Source: an uncultured Candidatus Saccharibacteria bacterium
GTDB lineage: Bacteria > Patescibacteriota > Saccharimonadia > Saccharimonadales > JBBQAJ01
DNA: 64,000 nucleotides
Direction: 5' to 3'
Assembly: GCA_964593805.1 (NCBI GenBank)
Contig: CAZQHP010000001.1
Coordinates: forward strand, 321,516 to 385,515
This document shows, piece by piece, positions 9,943 to 21,298 of this stretch. The notes under the pieces were generated by a model. That model searched no databases, had not been told where the DNA came from, and was given only the letters and a program-made list of their open reading frames with translations. A program made the translations under genes and the position numbers. How positions within the stretch are numbered: the first letter of the stretch is position 1; each line of letters begins with the position of its first letter.

Positions 9943-11391
9943 ATGAATAGCAGTCTGCTTTTTTATGACCTGGAAACCTCCGGGTTTAGTCCGCGGGATC
10001 AGCGGATTATGCAGTTCGCCGGGCAGCGTACAGACCTGCAGTTGAAGCCGATTGGCGAACCCCACAATTATCTGATTAAAATAACCGAAGACATCCTGCC
10101 GGATCCGGACGCCGTGCTTCTAACCGGGATCACTCCGCAGATGACCATAGCTGACGGCGTAACAGAAGCAGAATTTTTAAAAATTTTTAGCACGGAAATA
10201 TCCACGCCGGGCACAATTTTTACGGGCTTTAACAGCATCCGTTTTGACGATGAGTTCATGCGGTTTTTGCACTACCGGAATTTCTATGACGCCTATGAAT
10301 GGCACTGGGCGGACGGCCGCAGCCGCTGGGATTTGTTGGACGTAGTACGGATGACGCGCGCTCTGAGGCCAGTGGGTATAAAATGGCCGTTCAACAGCGA
10401 AGGCCAGCCGGCCAATCAGCTAGGTTTGCTTACCAGCCTAAACGGGCTTGACCATGCCAACGCCCACGACGCCCTGAGCGATGTCCTGGCAACCATAGAC
10501 CTGGCTCGGCTACTCCGTGCCAAACAACCCAACTTATTCACTTTTTTGATAAATCATCGCGATAAAAAAGAAGTAGCCAAAATTGCGTCCGTCCAAGCCG
10601 GGCCATTTGTATACACTAGCGGCAAATACGACAGCCAACACGAAAAAACCACCGTGGTTACGGCGCTGTTTGAGAATCCCAAGAAAAACGGCGTGGTTGT
10701 GTATGATTTGCGCCACGACCCCGCGCCGTTTTTAACCATGAAAGCCGCCGAACTGGCCGAAATGTGGCGGCACTTCTGCAAAGAGCGGCCCTGTCCGCAC
10801 CCCCGTCTGCCCGTCAAAACATTGCAATATAACCGTTGTCCAGCCGTGGCCCCGCTCGGGGTATTTAATAACGACTGTCAAAAACGACTGGAGCTGCCCA
10901 TGAAGACTGTCAAAAATCATCTAACAGTTTTGAGTCAACACCCCGGATTTGCCGCAGAACTAGCTGAGGCCGTAGAAATTATGGATAAAAAATTCCAGGC
11001 CCAGCTTTTGACAGACCAGATTGACGCCGACGCGCGGCTGTACGAAAATTTCGTGAGTGACAGCGACAAGTCTGTGATGGGCAAAGTCCGTTCAAGCGGG
11101 CCGAACGAACTGCAAGACTTGCAAGCAAATTTTGCAGACGACCGGCTGGCACAGCTTCTGCCGCTTTATAAAGCCAGAAATTTTCCAAAAACCATGACCA
11201 GCGAAGAACGGGAAACCTGGCAGAGATTTTGCGAAAGGCGCCTTCTGGGCGGCAAGCAAGCCAGCCGCGCGGCGCGTTTTTTTGAACGGCTGGGCCAGCT
11301 GGCCGAGCAAAAAGACTTAACAGCCAAAAAGCGTTTTTTACTAGAAGAGCTTCAGCTGTACGGCCAAAGCGTACTACCAATTACGGAGTGA
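9943..11391 (+). CDS. sbcB: exodeoxyribonuclease I
   Basis: FYDLETSG exo I motif, DEDDh exonuclease residues (HNA.FD), about 480 aa. Confidence 0.8.
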   Translation: MNSSLLFYDLETSGFSPRDQRIMQFAGQRTDLQLKPIGEPHNYLIKITEDILPDPDAVLLTGITPQMTIADGVTEAEFLKIFSTEISTPGTIFTGFNSIRFDDEFMRFLHYRNFYDAYEWHWADGRSRWDLLDVVRMTRALRPVGIKWPFNSEGQPANQLGLLTSLNGLDHANAHDALSDVLATIDLARLLRAKQPNLFTFLINHRDKKEVAKIASVQAGPFVYTSGKYDSQHEKTTVVTALFENPKKNGVVVYDLRHDPAPFLTMKAAELAEMWRHFCKERPCPHPRLPVKTLQYNRCPAVAPLGVFNNDCQKRLELPMKTVKNHLTVLSQHPGFAAELAEAVEIMDKKFQAQLLTDQIDADARLYENFVSDSDKSVMGKVRSSGPNELQDLQANFADDRLAQLLPLYKARNFPKTMTSEERETWQRFCERRLLGGKQASRAARFFERLGQLAEQKDLTAKKRFLLEELQLYGQSVLPITE

Positions 11392-11604
11392 TTTGTTCGA
11401 GATTAGTAAAAGCCACAAAGATCTTTGCAGATCATGATAACGCAGCTTACGCCAAATAATAACCAGCGCAGCACATATCACCTCAAGACAAAGTACGCTG
11501 CCAAAGGTGAGCCGAAAACTGGTACCTGGGATTAAGCCCAGCACGATAAAATCTATCATAGTCGCCCCTTGTTGGCGATTATTTTACACTTAATTGTAAC
11601 TATG

Positions 11605-12021
11605 TCAATTAGATTGTTTATTGATACGCTTAAGCTTTTGCCAGCGTCCTCGGTTTCCAAGCAAAAAAGTAATGCCCGCGAATGTTAAAAATATTCCCAA
11701 TGAAACTAGCCACCAAGCACTATGCCTGGCAAGAAAAAAGACGCCCACGGCCAGTACTATTGGCGCCGTGGCGTCATAAAGAAGCTGTATTGCCGGGTTT
11801 TTGACGAATATAACGTCGCCGAGTTTGTCGGCGTACTTTTTGAGCAGGTCAATGTAACGTTCGGCCCAGGTATGATTTATGGCCAATAAACTCAGCCCGA
11901 TTATAAAAAGCGGGACACCACCCGGCCCGGGCAGCCAGCCGGTCAGCAGAGCGGCAATCATAAATACTAGACCCAGCACGTCCAGTACGATTATTTTCCA
12001 AAACCCAATAACCCTTTTCAT
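11605..12021 (-). CDS. small membrane protein, PGPGW-type
   Basis: LPGPGGVPLFIIG motif typical of the PGPGW transmembrane family. 3-4 TM helices. Confidence 0.5.
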   Translation of the reverse strand: MKRVIGFWKIIVLDVLGLVFMIAALLTGWLPGPGGVPLFIIGLSLLAINHTWAERYIDLLKKYADKLGDVIFVKNPAIQLLYDATAPIVLAVGVFFLARHSAWWLVSLGIFLTFAGITFLLGNRGRWQKLKRINKQSN

Positions 12022-12096
12022 AAGCCCTAGTATACGTCATATGCGGATAGCTAGCATATGGACTTTTTCTCTGTTATTTGGTACAATCTTCCAACT

Positions 12097-14907
12097 GTGA
12101 GCGACGTTATAAGAGTAAAAGGGGCAAGGGAACATAATCTCAAAAACGTGGATGTTGAAATTCCTCGTAATAAGCTGGTGGTTATCACCGGCCTGAGCGG
12201 TTCCGGCAAGTCGTCGCTGGCCTTTGATACTATTTATGCCGAAGGGCAGCGCCGTTACGTGGAAAGCCTTAGCGCTTATGCGCGGCAATTTTTGGGCCTG
12301 ATGGAAAAGCCAGACGTGGATCAGATAGACGGTCTTAGCCCGGCAATTTCCATAGACCAGAAATCCACCAGCCGAAACCCGCGCAGTACGGTGGCAACCG
12401 TTACGGAAATCTACGATTATTTGCGCCTGTTGTTTGCCCGCATTGGGACTCCGCATTGTCCTATTTGCGGCAATGAAGTTGCCCGCCAAACAACGAATGC
12501 AATCGTAGACCAGGTCGCGGCTTTGCCAATGGGCGCGAAATTAATGGTTCTGGCGCCGGTTATAGCAGACAAAAAAGGCGCGTTTGAACACATCCCGGAA
12601 CAATATATGAGGGCTGGATTTGCTCGCGCCCGGGTAGACGGCGTTATTTACGCGCTAGATGAATTTCCGGAACTAGACAAAAACTACAAGCACGCCATAG
12701 AAATAATCGCCGACCGCGTGGTAAATGACCGGGCCAGCCTGGGCCGGTTGACGCAGACCGTGGAGCAAGCGCTAGAACTGGCTGAAGGCAAGCTGATTGT
12801 GGTAGACGTTGACAGCAAGCAAGAACACAGTTATTCGCTCATGTATGCCTGTATTGACCATCCGGATGTAGCCATACCGGAACTTGAGCCTCGCACGTTC
12901 AGTTTCAACAGCCCGCATGGCGCCTGCCCGGTTTGTACCGGCTTGGGCTCGCGCCTGGAAGTTGACCCCGAACTGGTCATACCCAACGGCCGCTTGACGA
13001 TAGCCGAGGGCGCTATTCGCCCGTTCAACAGAGTCGCGGCCGACGCCTGGTATATGAAAAAAATGCAGGCCGTGGCCGAGCGGTACAAATTTTCGCTTCA
13101 TGAGCCGACAGGGGAGCTTAAGTCAGAAAATCTGAACAGGCTTCTATACGGCACGGGCAATGAAACGTATCGCGTGGCACTGGGCAGCGGCCGGACCTTT
13201 GAAACAACCTACGAAGGCGTTGTGCCCAACCTGGAACGCCGGCACAAAGAAACCGATAGCGATTTTATGCGCCGCGACATAGAACGCTTCATGCGCGAAC
13301 GCCCCTGCCATGTCTGCCAGGGCCGCCGCCTCAAACCAGAAGTGCTGGCGGTGACCGTGGCCGGCAGTTCAATCATGGATATATGCCAGCTATCCATAGA
13401 TGAAGCGGCAGAGTTTTTTAATAAATTGAAACTAGACACTAAAGAACTTCAAATTGCCCACCAGGTTATAAAAGAAATAGGCGCCCGCCTAAAGTTCATG
13501 CAGGACGTGGGGCTCAATTATCTTAACCTGTTGCGCAGCGCTGTTACGCTGTCGGGGGGCGAAGCCCAGCGTATCCGGCTAGCCACCCAGATTGGCTCCG
13601 GATTGCAGGGCGTCTTGTACGTTCTGGACGAACCGAGCATTGGACTGCATCAGCGGGACAACGCCCGGCTTATTACTACGCTCAAACACTTGCGCGACCT
13701 AGGCAACACCGTACTAGTCGTAGAGCATGACGAAGAAACAATCCGTACCGCGGACTTTTTACTGGATATTGGTCCGGGTGCCGGTATACATGGCGGCGAA
13801 ATTATTGCCGCCGGGACGCCTGACTTCGTGGCCAAAAATCCAAAAAGCATCACCGGCCAGTACTTGCTGGGCAAAAAAGAAATCGCCATGCCCAAAAAAC
13901 GCCGGACCGGCAACGGCAAGTCGCTGGTCATCAAAGGCGCCCGTGAAAACAACCTCAAAAATATCACCGTGGAAATTCCGCTTGGCAAACTAGTTGTGGT
14001 GAGCGGCGTGTCTGGTTCTGGCAAGTCGTCGCTCATAAATGACATATTGGCCAAAGAATTATCCGCCCGGTTGATGCGCAGCAGCGAAGTGCCCGGGGCT
14101 CATGATGACATAGGGGGAATAAAAGAATTGGACAAAGCAATCGTGATTGACCAGTCGCCAATTGGCCGGACGCCCCGTTCCAATCCCGCCACTTACACCG
14201 GCCTATTCACGCCCATCCGCGAACTTTTTGCCAGCGTACCGGAAGCAAAACTACGCGGTTATAGCCCAGGTCGGTTCAGCTTTAACGTCAAAGGCGGCCG
14301 CTGTGAAAACTGCTCTGGCGACGGTATTATCAAAATAGAAATGCACTTTTTGCCGGATGTCTACGTGTCCTGCGAAGTCTGCCAGGGCAAACGCTATAAC
14401 CGCGAGGCTTTGGAAATTCACTACAAAGGCAAAACCATCAGCGATGTCCTGCAAATGACCTCCGACCAAGCGTTGGAATTTTTTGAAAACATCCCCGCCA
14501 TTGCACGTAAATTGCAAACTATGGTGGACGTTGGACTGGGCTATATTGCGCTGGGACAACCGGCAACCACACTGTCCGGCGGCGAAGCACAGCGCGTCAA
14601 ACTGGCAACCGAACTTTCTCGACGCCCCACCGGCCGTACGCTGTATATTCTGGACGAACCAACCACCGGATTACATTTTGCAGACGTTGATAAACTGCTG
14701 GGCGTATTGCACGCGCTGGTAGACACCGGCAACAGCATGATAATTATTGAGCACAACCTGGACGTTATAAAAAACGGGGACTGGCTGATAGATATGGGTC
14801 CCGAAGGCGGGGACGCCGGAGGCCAAATAGTTGCCCAAGGTACGCCGGAACAGGTGTCTAAAAACAAAGCCTCCTACACTGGCAAATACTTGACACATAT
14901 GTTATAA
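12097..14907 (+). CDS. uvrA: excinuclease ABC subunit A
   Basis: Two ABC ATPase modules ([18 protein letters not shown]; LSGGEAQR x2) and Zn-finger Cys clusters. The GTG at 12097 aligns with the canonical UvrA N-terminus. The ORF track's ATG at 12058 lies upstream of the TGGTACAAT -10 box. Confidence 0.9.
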   Translation: MSDVIRVKGAREHNLKNVDVEIPRNKLVVITGLSGSGKSSLAFDTIYAEGQRRYVESLSAYARQFLGLMEKPDVDQIDGLSPAISIDQKSTSRNPRSTVATVTEIYDYLRLLFARIGTPHCPICGNEVARQTTNAIVDQVAALPMGAKLMVLAPVIADKKGAFEHIPEQYMRAGFARARVDGVIYALDEFPELDKNYKHAIEIIADRVVNDRASLGRLTQTVEQALELAEGKLIVVDVDSKQEHSYSLMYACIDHPDVAIPELEPRTFSFNSPHGACPVCTGLGSRLEVDPELVIPNGRLTIAEGAIRPFNRVAADAWYMKKMQAVAERYKFSLHEPTGELKSENLNRLLYGTGNETYRVALGSGRTFETTYEGVVPNLERRHKETDSDFMRRDIERFMRERPCHVCQGRRLKPEVLAVTVAGSSIMDICQLSIDEAAEFFNKLKLDTKELQIAHQVIKEIGARLKFMQDVGLNYLNLLRSAVTLSGGEAQRIRLATQIGSGLQGVLYVLDEPSIGLHQRDNARLITTLKHLRDLGNTVLVVEHDEETIRTADFLLDIGPGAGIHGGEIIAAGTPDFVAKNPKSITGQYLLGKKEIAMPKKRRTGNGKSLVIKGARENNLKNITVEIPLGKLVVVSGVSGSGKSSLINDILAKELSARLMRSSEVPGAHDDIGGIKELDKAIVIDQSPIGRTPRSNPATYTGLFTPIRELFASVPEAKLRGYSPGRFSFNVKGGRCENCSGDGIIKIEMHFLPDVYVSCEVCQGKRYNREALEIHYKGKTISDVLQMTSDQALEFFENIPAIARKLQTMVDVGLGYIALGQPATTLSGGEAQRVKLATELSRRPTGRTLYILDEPTTGLHFADVDKLLGVLHALVDTGNSMIIIEHNLDVIKNGDWLIDMGPEGGDAGGQIVAQGTPEQVSKNKASYTGKYLTHML

Positions 14908-14915
14908 TAAGCCTC

Positions 14916-15164
14916 ATGACCTCTCTAGATGCAGATAATCAACCAGATTGGAGTGTGATTCGGGAATTGAATCACAGAGCAAGAATGGCGAACGACTTAG
15001 GTGCCATGGCGGTTGGTATGCCTGATGCATTTGAAACTGCGGAGAGCAGACAGATCTACGAACAGCGGCTTCGCGAAGAACAGCCGGAATTATATGACGA
15101 TATCAGAAAACTTGAAGGCATGCGTAATGTTGTTACGGCGATTCGTCGCCCCAGAGTGCGCTAA
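14916..15164 (+). CDS. hypothetical small protein (82 aa)
   Basis: ORF starting 9 nt after the uvrA stop with non-repetitive composition. No recognisable motif. Confidence 0.35.
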   Translation: MTSLDADNQPDWSVIRELNHRARMANDLGAMAVGMPDAFETAESRQIYEQRLREEQPELYDDIRKLEGMRNVVTAIRRPRVR

Positions 15165-15812
15165 CTATTTTTTGTTGAGAAAGATATTACGTTTGACCTT
15201 TTGCCATATTATGGCTCGGGTTTCTTTTTCTTTAAGCAGATGCAGTAGCGACAGCCCAATGCTCAGTACAACTACACCAAGTAGCACCAACTCTATGTAT
15301 TTATCAAGTCCTGGGATGCGGCCGCCTACGTGATAGCCAAGCAACGTCATGCCAGCGCCCCACAGCGTGCCGCCAATAACATTGAAAGCCATGAAGCGTT
15401 TTCTGGGCATCTTACCAACACCAGCAACGACCGGCGCAAACGTTCGTACAACGGGCGTAAAGCGAGCCAAAATAATTGTTTTGCCACCGTGTTTTTCGTA
15501 GAACACTTCAGCACGGGTTATGTATCCTTGCCGGAATAGTAGACCGTCTTTCTTTTTAAACAGTCTGTGGCCGCTGCGCCTGCCAATGCTGTAGCCGACG
15601 TTATCGCCCACGATTGCCGCCAGCACCGTCGCAACTATCAGCGGCAGAATCGGTAATTCGCCCTGAGAGGCCAGCAAGCCAGCGCCAAACAGCAGTGTGT
15701 CGCCAGGTAAAAAGAAACCCACCAAAAGCCCCGATTCGGCAAACACAACCAGCGCCACAATCAGTACGCCAATCATTCCGCCAGCACTCAGTAATTGATT
15801 GATATCAAACAT
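15165..15812 (-). CDS. dedA: DedA/SNARE-associated family membrane protein
   Basis: GFFLPGDTLLFGAGLLA and GRRSGHRLFKK motifs of the DedA/TVP38 family. Confidence 0.8.
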   Translation of the reverse strand: MFDINQLLSAGGMIGVLIVALVVFAESGLLVGFFLPGDTLLFGAGLLASQGELPILPLIVATVLAAIVGDNVGYSIGRRSGHRLFKKKDGLLFRQGYITRAEVFYEKHGGKTIILARFTPVVRTFAPVVAGVGKMPRKRFMAFNVIGGTLWGAGMTLLGYHVGGRIPGLDKYIELVLLGVVVLSIGLSLLHLLKEKETRAIIWQKVKRNIFLNKK

Positions 15813-15911
15813 CCTACTAAGCGTACAGATTCACCCGTCCATAGTCCATACATGAAAATATGCCCGTCATCTGTTATACTGTACTCAATATTCAGTATAT
15901 TCGGAGGAACG

Positions 15912-16607
15912 ATGAGCAACGACACGATAGCAGTGGAATTACAGGAGCGTACAGTGATGCGCAAGGGTTTGCGTGGTTTGCGAGCTTCTGGCCTGATTCC
16001 GGCTGTTATTCATGACCACGGCAAGGCATCAATACATGTCATGGGTGATTTTGTGCAAATGCACAAAGTTTACAGCGCAGCCGGCAAACACCACCCCGTG
16101 CAGCTGACGGTAGGCAAACAGCAGCATTTAGCACTTATAAAAGACGTTGATTTCGAACCCGCCAAACACCGTATGCGGCACATAGTCTTCCAGGCTATCA
16201 AACAGGACGAAGAAACTGAGGCCGAAGTCCCAATTGCCTACAAGGAAATCGAAATTCCAGCCGAAAAAGCTAGCTTGCTGGTGCTCAAACAGCTTGACCG
16301 CGTGCAAGTTAAAGCCTTGCCAAAAGATTTGCCCGACGAACTGGTAGTAGACCCTGGTAAATTAGCTGAAGTTGGCGACCACCTGACAGTTGCCGACCTT
16401 GAAGTACCAGAAGGTGTCACTGTCCTGACCGACCCAATTTTGCAAATCGCCATCGTAGAAATGCCCAAAGACCAAGCTGCCGAAGCCGACGCCGCCGCGG
16501 CCGCGCTGGCCGACGATGCCGGTGCACCTGATGCTGCCGAAGAAACCACCGAAGAAACACCTGCTGAAGGCTCAGACGACTCAAAAGAAGCAACCGAAGA
16601 AGAGTAA
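15912..16607 (+). CDS. rplY: 50S ribosomal protein L25 / general stress protein Ctc, acidic C-terminal tail
   Basis: ATG at 15912 preceded by GGAGG. L25 beta-barrel signature (RKGLRGLRASGLIPAVIHDHG). The upstream in-frame extension overlaps dedA on the other strand. Confidence 0.8.
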   Translation: MSNDTIAVELQERTVMRKGLRGLRASGLIPAVIHDHGKASIHVMGDFVQMHKVYSAAGKHHPVQLTVGKQQHLALIKDVDFEPAKHRMRHIVFQAIKQDEETEAEVPIAYKEIEIPAEKASLLVLKQLDRVQVKALPKDLPDELVVDPGKLAEVGDHLTVADLEVPEGVTVLTDPILQIAIVEMPKDQAAEADAAAAALADDAGAPDAAEETTEETPAEGSDDSKEATEEE

Positions 16608-16613
16608 CAGACC

Positions 16614-17135
16614 CTATCTTAATAAAACTCCACCAAGCATACCGCCAGCGACGATAATAAAAAGCGGGTTAACTTTCCACTTGGCTATGGCCATAAATGC
16701 ACCAACAGCGATTAACAAGTATGTTACCGACAGGGGGTTGGCTTGTAGTAAATTTACGCCGATTGCTATGAGTACGCCGGCCGCCGCCAAGCCAACCGAC
16801 TTCAAAAAATAATCAGCCCGTTCGTGATGGATGTATCGACTCAAATAACGTCCTGTCAAAACAGCCAAAACACAAGGCGTCCCGTAGATAGCAATCGTCG
16901 CCACTAGCGCCCCAGAAAAACCATGCGCGCTATATCCAATAAAAGTGGCAATGCTAAAAAGTTGCGGCCCGGGCGAAGCAAAGCCAAATCCAAGAAACGT
17001 AGTGAAATCATGCGGCGTAAGCCAATGCGTACGTTCCACGGCAACTTCGTAAAAAAGCGGCTGGCTACTGCCGGCAAAACCCACAAGGCTTATAAAAAAC
17101 ATATAACCAAAAATAATTAAAAGCTGCTCAAGCAC
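16614..17135 (-). CDS. chrA: chromate transporter ChrA, C-terminal half-size subunit
   Basis: CHR-domain half. Forms a split pair with the overlapping upstream gene. Confidence 0.7.
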   Translation of the reverse strand: MLEQLLIIFGYMFFISLVGFAGSSQPLFYEVAVERTHWLTPHDFTTFLGFGFASPGPQLFSIATFIGYSAHGFSGALVATIAIYGTPCVLAVLTGRYLSRYIHHERADYFLKSVGLAAAGVLIAIGVNLLQANPLSVTYLLIAVGAFMAIAKWKVNPLFIIVAGGMLGGVLLR

Positions 17136-17697
17136 GGGTTTTTATCCTAATTAGTGGAAATATAAAGATACCAAAAAGCGCGGCCGCCAATAAAATAACA
17201 ATCACCGGCACGCCAAGCCCAAACTTTGCGCCAAAAGCCAAGGCAACAATCGCCAATAACCATTTGTTTTGTAAATGACTATTGCCAATACGGTAGGCGT
17301 TACCGATAATAATCCCGCCTACTGCAGCCTGCAAACCAAGCGTATAATTGGTGAAATCACTGCCCTTAAAATATGCAAAATACAAAAAACTAAACAGTAA
17401 TGTAATCGTAATTGACGGGGCCAAATAAACAACTGCTCCAATAATCGCACCGCGTACGCCGCGCATAAAATAGACCACTTGAACTGCTAAAATAACTTGG
17501 GCTGCCCCAGGTAGAAGCTGGCCCGCCGCGGACGCGCTATGTAGCTGGCGCTTAGTTAGTATTTTTCTTTCATCTACCAAAGCGCGTTCTAAAAGCAAAG
17601 ACGTGGTTGGCCAGCCCCCGAACGCGCTGGCTCCTGTTTTGAAATACAGAACGGCGAGTTCTGGCAAGCTTATGGGCGCATTGATAGGTTTACTCAT
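17128..17697 (-). CDS. chrA: chromate transporter ChrA, N-terminal half-size subunit
   Basis: GASAFGGW CHR motif. 8-nt overlap with the partner gene. Confidence 0.7.
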   Translation of the reverse strand: MSKPINAPISLPELAVLYFKTGASAFGGWPTTSLLLERALVDERKILTKRQLHSASAAGQLLPGAAQVILAVQVVYFMRGVRGAIIGAVVYLAPSITITLLFSFLYFAYFKGSDFTNYTLGLQAAVGGIIIGNAYRIGNSHLQNKWLLAIVALAFGAKFGLGVPVIVILLAAALFGIFIFPLIRIKTRA

Positions 17698-19438
17698 CCA
17701 AAAATCCGCCGGATTGGTGAGACCAGAGTTTTGCGTACAGGCCCTTTTGTTTTAGTAACTTCTGGTGGCTGCCTTGTTCAACAATTTTGCCGTGGTCTAG
17801 CACTACAATTTTATCCATCCGTTGAACCGTGCTAAGCCGGTGGGCAATCACGACTGCCGTTCGGCCTTCCATGAGTTTCCATAACGCGTCTTGAATCAGT
17901 TTTTCTGACTCTGAATCAAGCGCGCTAGTGGCTTCGTCTAGTAACAAAATCGGCGCGTTTTTTAACATTGCCCGGGCAATCGCTACGCGCTGGCGTTGAC
18001 CGCCAGATAGTTTGACCCCGCGCTCGCCAACTAAGGTGTCGTAGCCCTGCGGCAGCTTGCTGATGAATTCATCAGCATGAGCCCGCTTGGCCGCAGTTTG
18101 GATTTCTGAAAAGCTGGCACCGGGTTTTCCGTAGCCAATGTTTTCACCAAGCGAACGATGAAACAGCAGTGGTTCCTGCGGTACATATGAAATTGCTTTG
18201 TGGACATCATCTCTAGTTATGGATCGGATGTCCTGACCATCAATTTTTATAGCGCCCGCTTGGATATCCATATACCTAAGCAAAAGTTTAGTGATGGTAG
18301 TTTTACCTCCGCCGCTTGGACCCACCAACCCAACGCGTTCGCCTGGTTGGATGTCTAGCTCAAAACCATCAAAAAGACCGGCGGACTCGGCGAGTTCGTA
18401 GTTAAACTGGATTCTTTCAAACGTTACACGGCCTTGATCAATGCGCGAGGTTTCCGGCTCCGCAGGATCTTGTACGGCCGACTTGCGCGCAAACAATTCA
18501 GTCATTTCATGCGCGTCACCGAGTATGCCTTCAAAAAAGCGAATAGAAAGCGCTGACTTGTGCAAGCTGTCGATAATCCTAATTATATAAACCTGAAACA
18601 ACAAAAACGTGGCAAACGTAATCGCGTCGGTTTCTACTGCCCTAATTCCGCCTATTAATACAACCACCTGCAGCAGCGCTCCAAATAACGCGATGTACAG
18701 GTTGTTGCGTACGCCAATACGCCAGCTGCTTATAAAAGCCAATTTACGTGAGGAATTAGTTTTGCCGTATCGTTTTGATTCCAGGGGCATGGCTGCAAAA
18801 GTATCTACTGTCACAGCGTTTGTTAGCGCGTCGGCTAGTTCGCCGGTTTGTACGCTTTCGCGGGCTACTGCCTTTCGTCGAATCGGCATGCGTTTGTTGG
18901 TTAGATACGCGATAACTACAAAAGACAGTAGCCACGTAACGCCAACGCTCAGACCGATAGCTGTGTTTATATATGTTGTGATGATAATTGCCGTCAGCAC
19001 TGTGCATATTTGACCCCAAAAATCCAAAAACCATGTAACGTGAAACTGGTCAAACGCCTTGGCAAATCGGTTTGCTTGAGTAACCAGCGAACCGCTAAAA
19101 TTGTCGGCAAAAAACGCATAATCCTGCTGGAGCAGTTGCTCAAAACAATCATTGTATATATCTTCCATAGTTCTGGAATGGAGACGTATGCCAATAAAGT
19201 AGTCAACCGTAAACCACAAAAGCGCGCCGCCAGCAAACGTCAAACCCGCGTACAGGACGTTGCTTATGTCGGCGTGCCCGGTGGCTATAAGCTGGCCCAA
19301 GGCTTTCGCTACGAACAAAGGACTCACGATATTTTGCAGTACCACGGCCGGTCCGAGCAAAAACATCCCCGCAAACGACCATGGCCGGCGCTGCCAATAA
19401 GAAATGAAAAGCAGTATTGGCTTAAAAGTATCTAACAC
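17690..19438 (-). CDS. ABC transporter, fused permease/ATP-binding (exporter type)
   Basis: 6-TM N-domain. Walker A GPSGGGKTT, signature LSGGQRQRVAIARAM, Walker B ILLLDEATSALD. Confidence 0.85.
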   Translation of the reverse strand: MLDTFKPILLFISYWQRRPWSFAGMFLLGPAVVLQNIVSPLFVAKALGQLIATGHADISNVLYAGLTFAGGALLWFTVDYFIGIRLHSRTMEDIYNDCFEQLLQQDYAFFADNFSGSLVTQANRFAKAFDQFHVTWFLDFWGQICTVLTAIIITTYINTAIGLSVGVTWLLSFVVIAYLTNKRMPIRRKAVARESVQTGELADALTNAVTVDTFAAMPLESKRYGKTNSSRKLAFISSWRIGVRNNLYIALFGALLQVVVLIGGIRAVETDAITFATFLLFQVYIIRIIDSLHKSALSIRFFEGILGDAHEMTELFARKSAVQDPAEPETSRIDQGRVTFERIQFNYELAESAGLFDGFELDIQPGERVGLVGPSGGGKTTITKLLLRYMDIQAGAIKIDGQDIRSITRDDVHKAISYVPQEPLLFHRSLGENIGYGKPGASFSEIQTAAKRAHADEFISKLPQGYDTLVGERGVKLSGGQRQRVAIARAMLKNAPILLLDEATSALDSESEKLIQDALWKLMEGRTAVVIAHRLSTVQRMDKIVVLDHGKIVEQGSHQKLLKQKGLYAKLWSHQSGGFLDE

Positions 19439-19474
19439 GCTGTTTCCATTTTACTAATAAGCCATCCATTGTCA

Positions 19475-21298
19475 TTATTTGTAGCCTTCGGCTTGCTTGC
19501 TGAATAATTCATGGTACAGGCCCTTGTTTTTCATGAGCTCTATGTGAGAACCTTCTTCTATTATTTTTCCTGCGTCAAGTACCACAATTCTATCAGCGCG
19601 CCTCACTGTGCTAAAACGGTGACTGACTATTATGGCGGATTTATTTTGATAATGTTCAAAAATGTTGTTGAAAATTTCATATTCCGCCTTGGCATCAATT
19701 GCTGAAGTTGGTTCATCAAGAATAAGTAAGTTTGCCTGGCGATAAAATGCCCTGGCCAATGCAACTCGTTGCCATTGGCCGCCGCTAGGCTCCACGCCTT
19801 TTTTGAAACTGCTATCTAGCACGGTGTCCCAGCCGTGTTTGTAATTTTCGACGAATTCAGAGACGCCACCAAATTTTGCGGCTTGTCGTAGTAAGTTTTT
19901 ATCTGGCTCAGCGTTGGAACGACCAATTTCAATGTTTTCATCAATTGGGAGGGGATATTGGTTAAAATCTTGAAACAGCGTGGCAATTTGCTCATACCAC
20001 GACTCAATTGATAAATCTTGTAAATCAACTCCATCAATTAAAATTTTTCCAGACGTTGGCCTGTAAAACCTAAGCAAAAGTTTTATCAAGGTACTTTTAC
20101 CCGCGCCATTTTCGCCAACCAAAGCTACATGCTCACCTTGTTTAATCCGTAGATTTAGGTTTTCAAACACGTGTGACTCTTTGTTGGGATAGCCAAATGA
20201 CAGGTTTTCTATAATAATTTCTGGGGCATTTTTACCTGCCGCTGTTGCACTAGGCGAGTCAATTATAGTTGGTTTAGAATCAAGCATCGTGAAATAACTA
20301 TCGGCAAACAACAGCCCTTCTTGCATTCGCGAAAGTGTGCCAAATATGGTGTTGAGGGCTGCTCCCACGCGTAGCAGTGCACCAGACAGAAAAAAGTATT
20401 TCTCAAGTGACATGCTACGATTTAAAAATTGTTTTAACAAATATACAGCACCAATGGCCGTCCCAGTAGTTTCCATAATTTTGGTGGGTACAAGCGACTT
20501 GTTGGCACGACGCAGTTTGCTTTCTTGTTCATGGTAAAAGTCTACATTCATGCGGTCAATTTTGTTTAGAATATATTCCGAAGCTTGGGTACTCCGTAAC
20601 TCCATTTGGCCTTTAGCCTGTCGAAGTATCCAGTCCAATCCCCAATAAATATGCCTTTGATCGCCCTTTTGATCCCATACAAACCATTGGAGTTTGGCAA
20701 GTTTTCCTTCAGTTATAAGAGTTGGAATCAAAAACAAAGTAATTAACGGAACCAGCCACCAAGTAATTTGGGCTACCACCACGGTGATAGCAATAAATCG
20801 CAAAATACCATAAATTAAATCAAGATTTGCGTCTGACAAATTTGGGATTTGCCAGGTGTAACTGTTTCCAACTTTGTTTAGTTGATTTCGGGTGGTTTCA
20901 TCATAATAATCTTGTAAATCCATGGTGCTCAAAGTTCGTAAAAACTGATTGGTAGACCAGCGAGCCAGTGCAAAATAGGTTAGGCGTTTTGCCAAAGCCA
21001 TCAGCAAAAATCCTATGGCGATTCCAAGGCCTGCAAAGATGTCAATCCACAACCAAAACCATATGCCCGTTGTTTGACCGCTGCTTACAAAAGTTGCTAA
21101 AAGTGCTCCTAGCCGAGCGGTAGCGTAGATACCGACTATAAATGAGCCTATTTCAAAAAATGCCCCGGTAAAAAATATTGCCACTGCTCCAGCACGAACT
21201 GACCAAACGGTTTGTAGAAGCCGCACACTTAATAGAAAACGCCGTTTGAGCGAAACTTCATTATTTACTTCTGGCGATTTAATAGTATTCATATCCAC
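19475..21298 (-). CDS. ABC transporter, fused permease/ATP-binding (exporter type, partner of previous)
   Basis: Walker A GENGAGKSTL, signature PSGGQWQRVALARAF, Walker B LILDEPTSAID. Confidence 0.85.
   Translation of the reverse strand: MDMNTIKSPEVNNEVSLKRRFLLSVRLLQTVWSVRAGAVAIFFTGAFFEIGSFIVGIYATARLGALLATFVSSGQTTGIWFWLWIDIFAGLGIAIGFLLMALAKRLTYFALARWSTNQFLRTLSTMDLQDYYDETTRNQLNKVGNSYTWQIPNLSDANLDLIYGILRFIAITVVVAQITWWLVPLITLFLIPTLITEGKLAKLQWFVWDQKGDQRHIYWGLDWILRQAKGQMELRSTQASEYILNKIDRMNVDFYHEQESKLRRANKSLVPTKIMETTGTAIGAVYLLKQFLNRSMSLEKYFFLSGALLRVGAALNTIFGTLSRMQEGLLFADSYFTMLDSKPTIIDSPSATAAGKNAPEIIIENLSFGYPNKESHVFENLNLRIKQGEHVALVGENGAGKSTLIKLLLRFYRPTSGKILIDGVDLQDLSIESWYEQIATLFQDFNQYPLPIDENIEIGRSNAEPDKNLLRQAAKFGGVSEFVENYKHGWDTVLDSSFKKGVEPSGGQWQRVALARAFYRQANLLILDEPTSAIDAKAEYEIFNNIFEHYQNKSAIIVSHRFSTVRRADRIVVLDAGKIIEEGSHIELMKNKGLYHELFSKQAEGYK

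Noticed and set aside
11374-11559. 61-aa minus-strand ORF downstream of the PGPGW gene
   Set aside because: Hydrophobic and possibly a real small membrane protein, but it has no motif, overlaps the sbcB 3' end, and is too short to support.
12058-12096. ATG-initiated extension of uvrA
   Set aside because: It contains the TGGTACAAT -10 box. The GTG at 12097 aligns with the UvrA N-terminus MDKIEVRGA-type motif.
15795-15911. N-terminal 39-codon extension of the L25 ORF (MIDIKHPT...)
   Set aside because: It overlaps the dedA start on the opposite strand, and the internal ATG at 15912 has a GGAGG RBS and the canonical L25 N-terminus.
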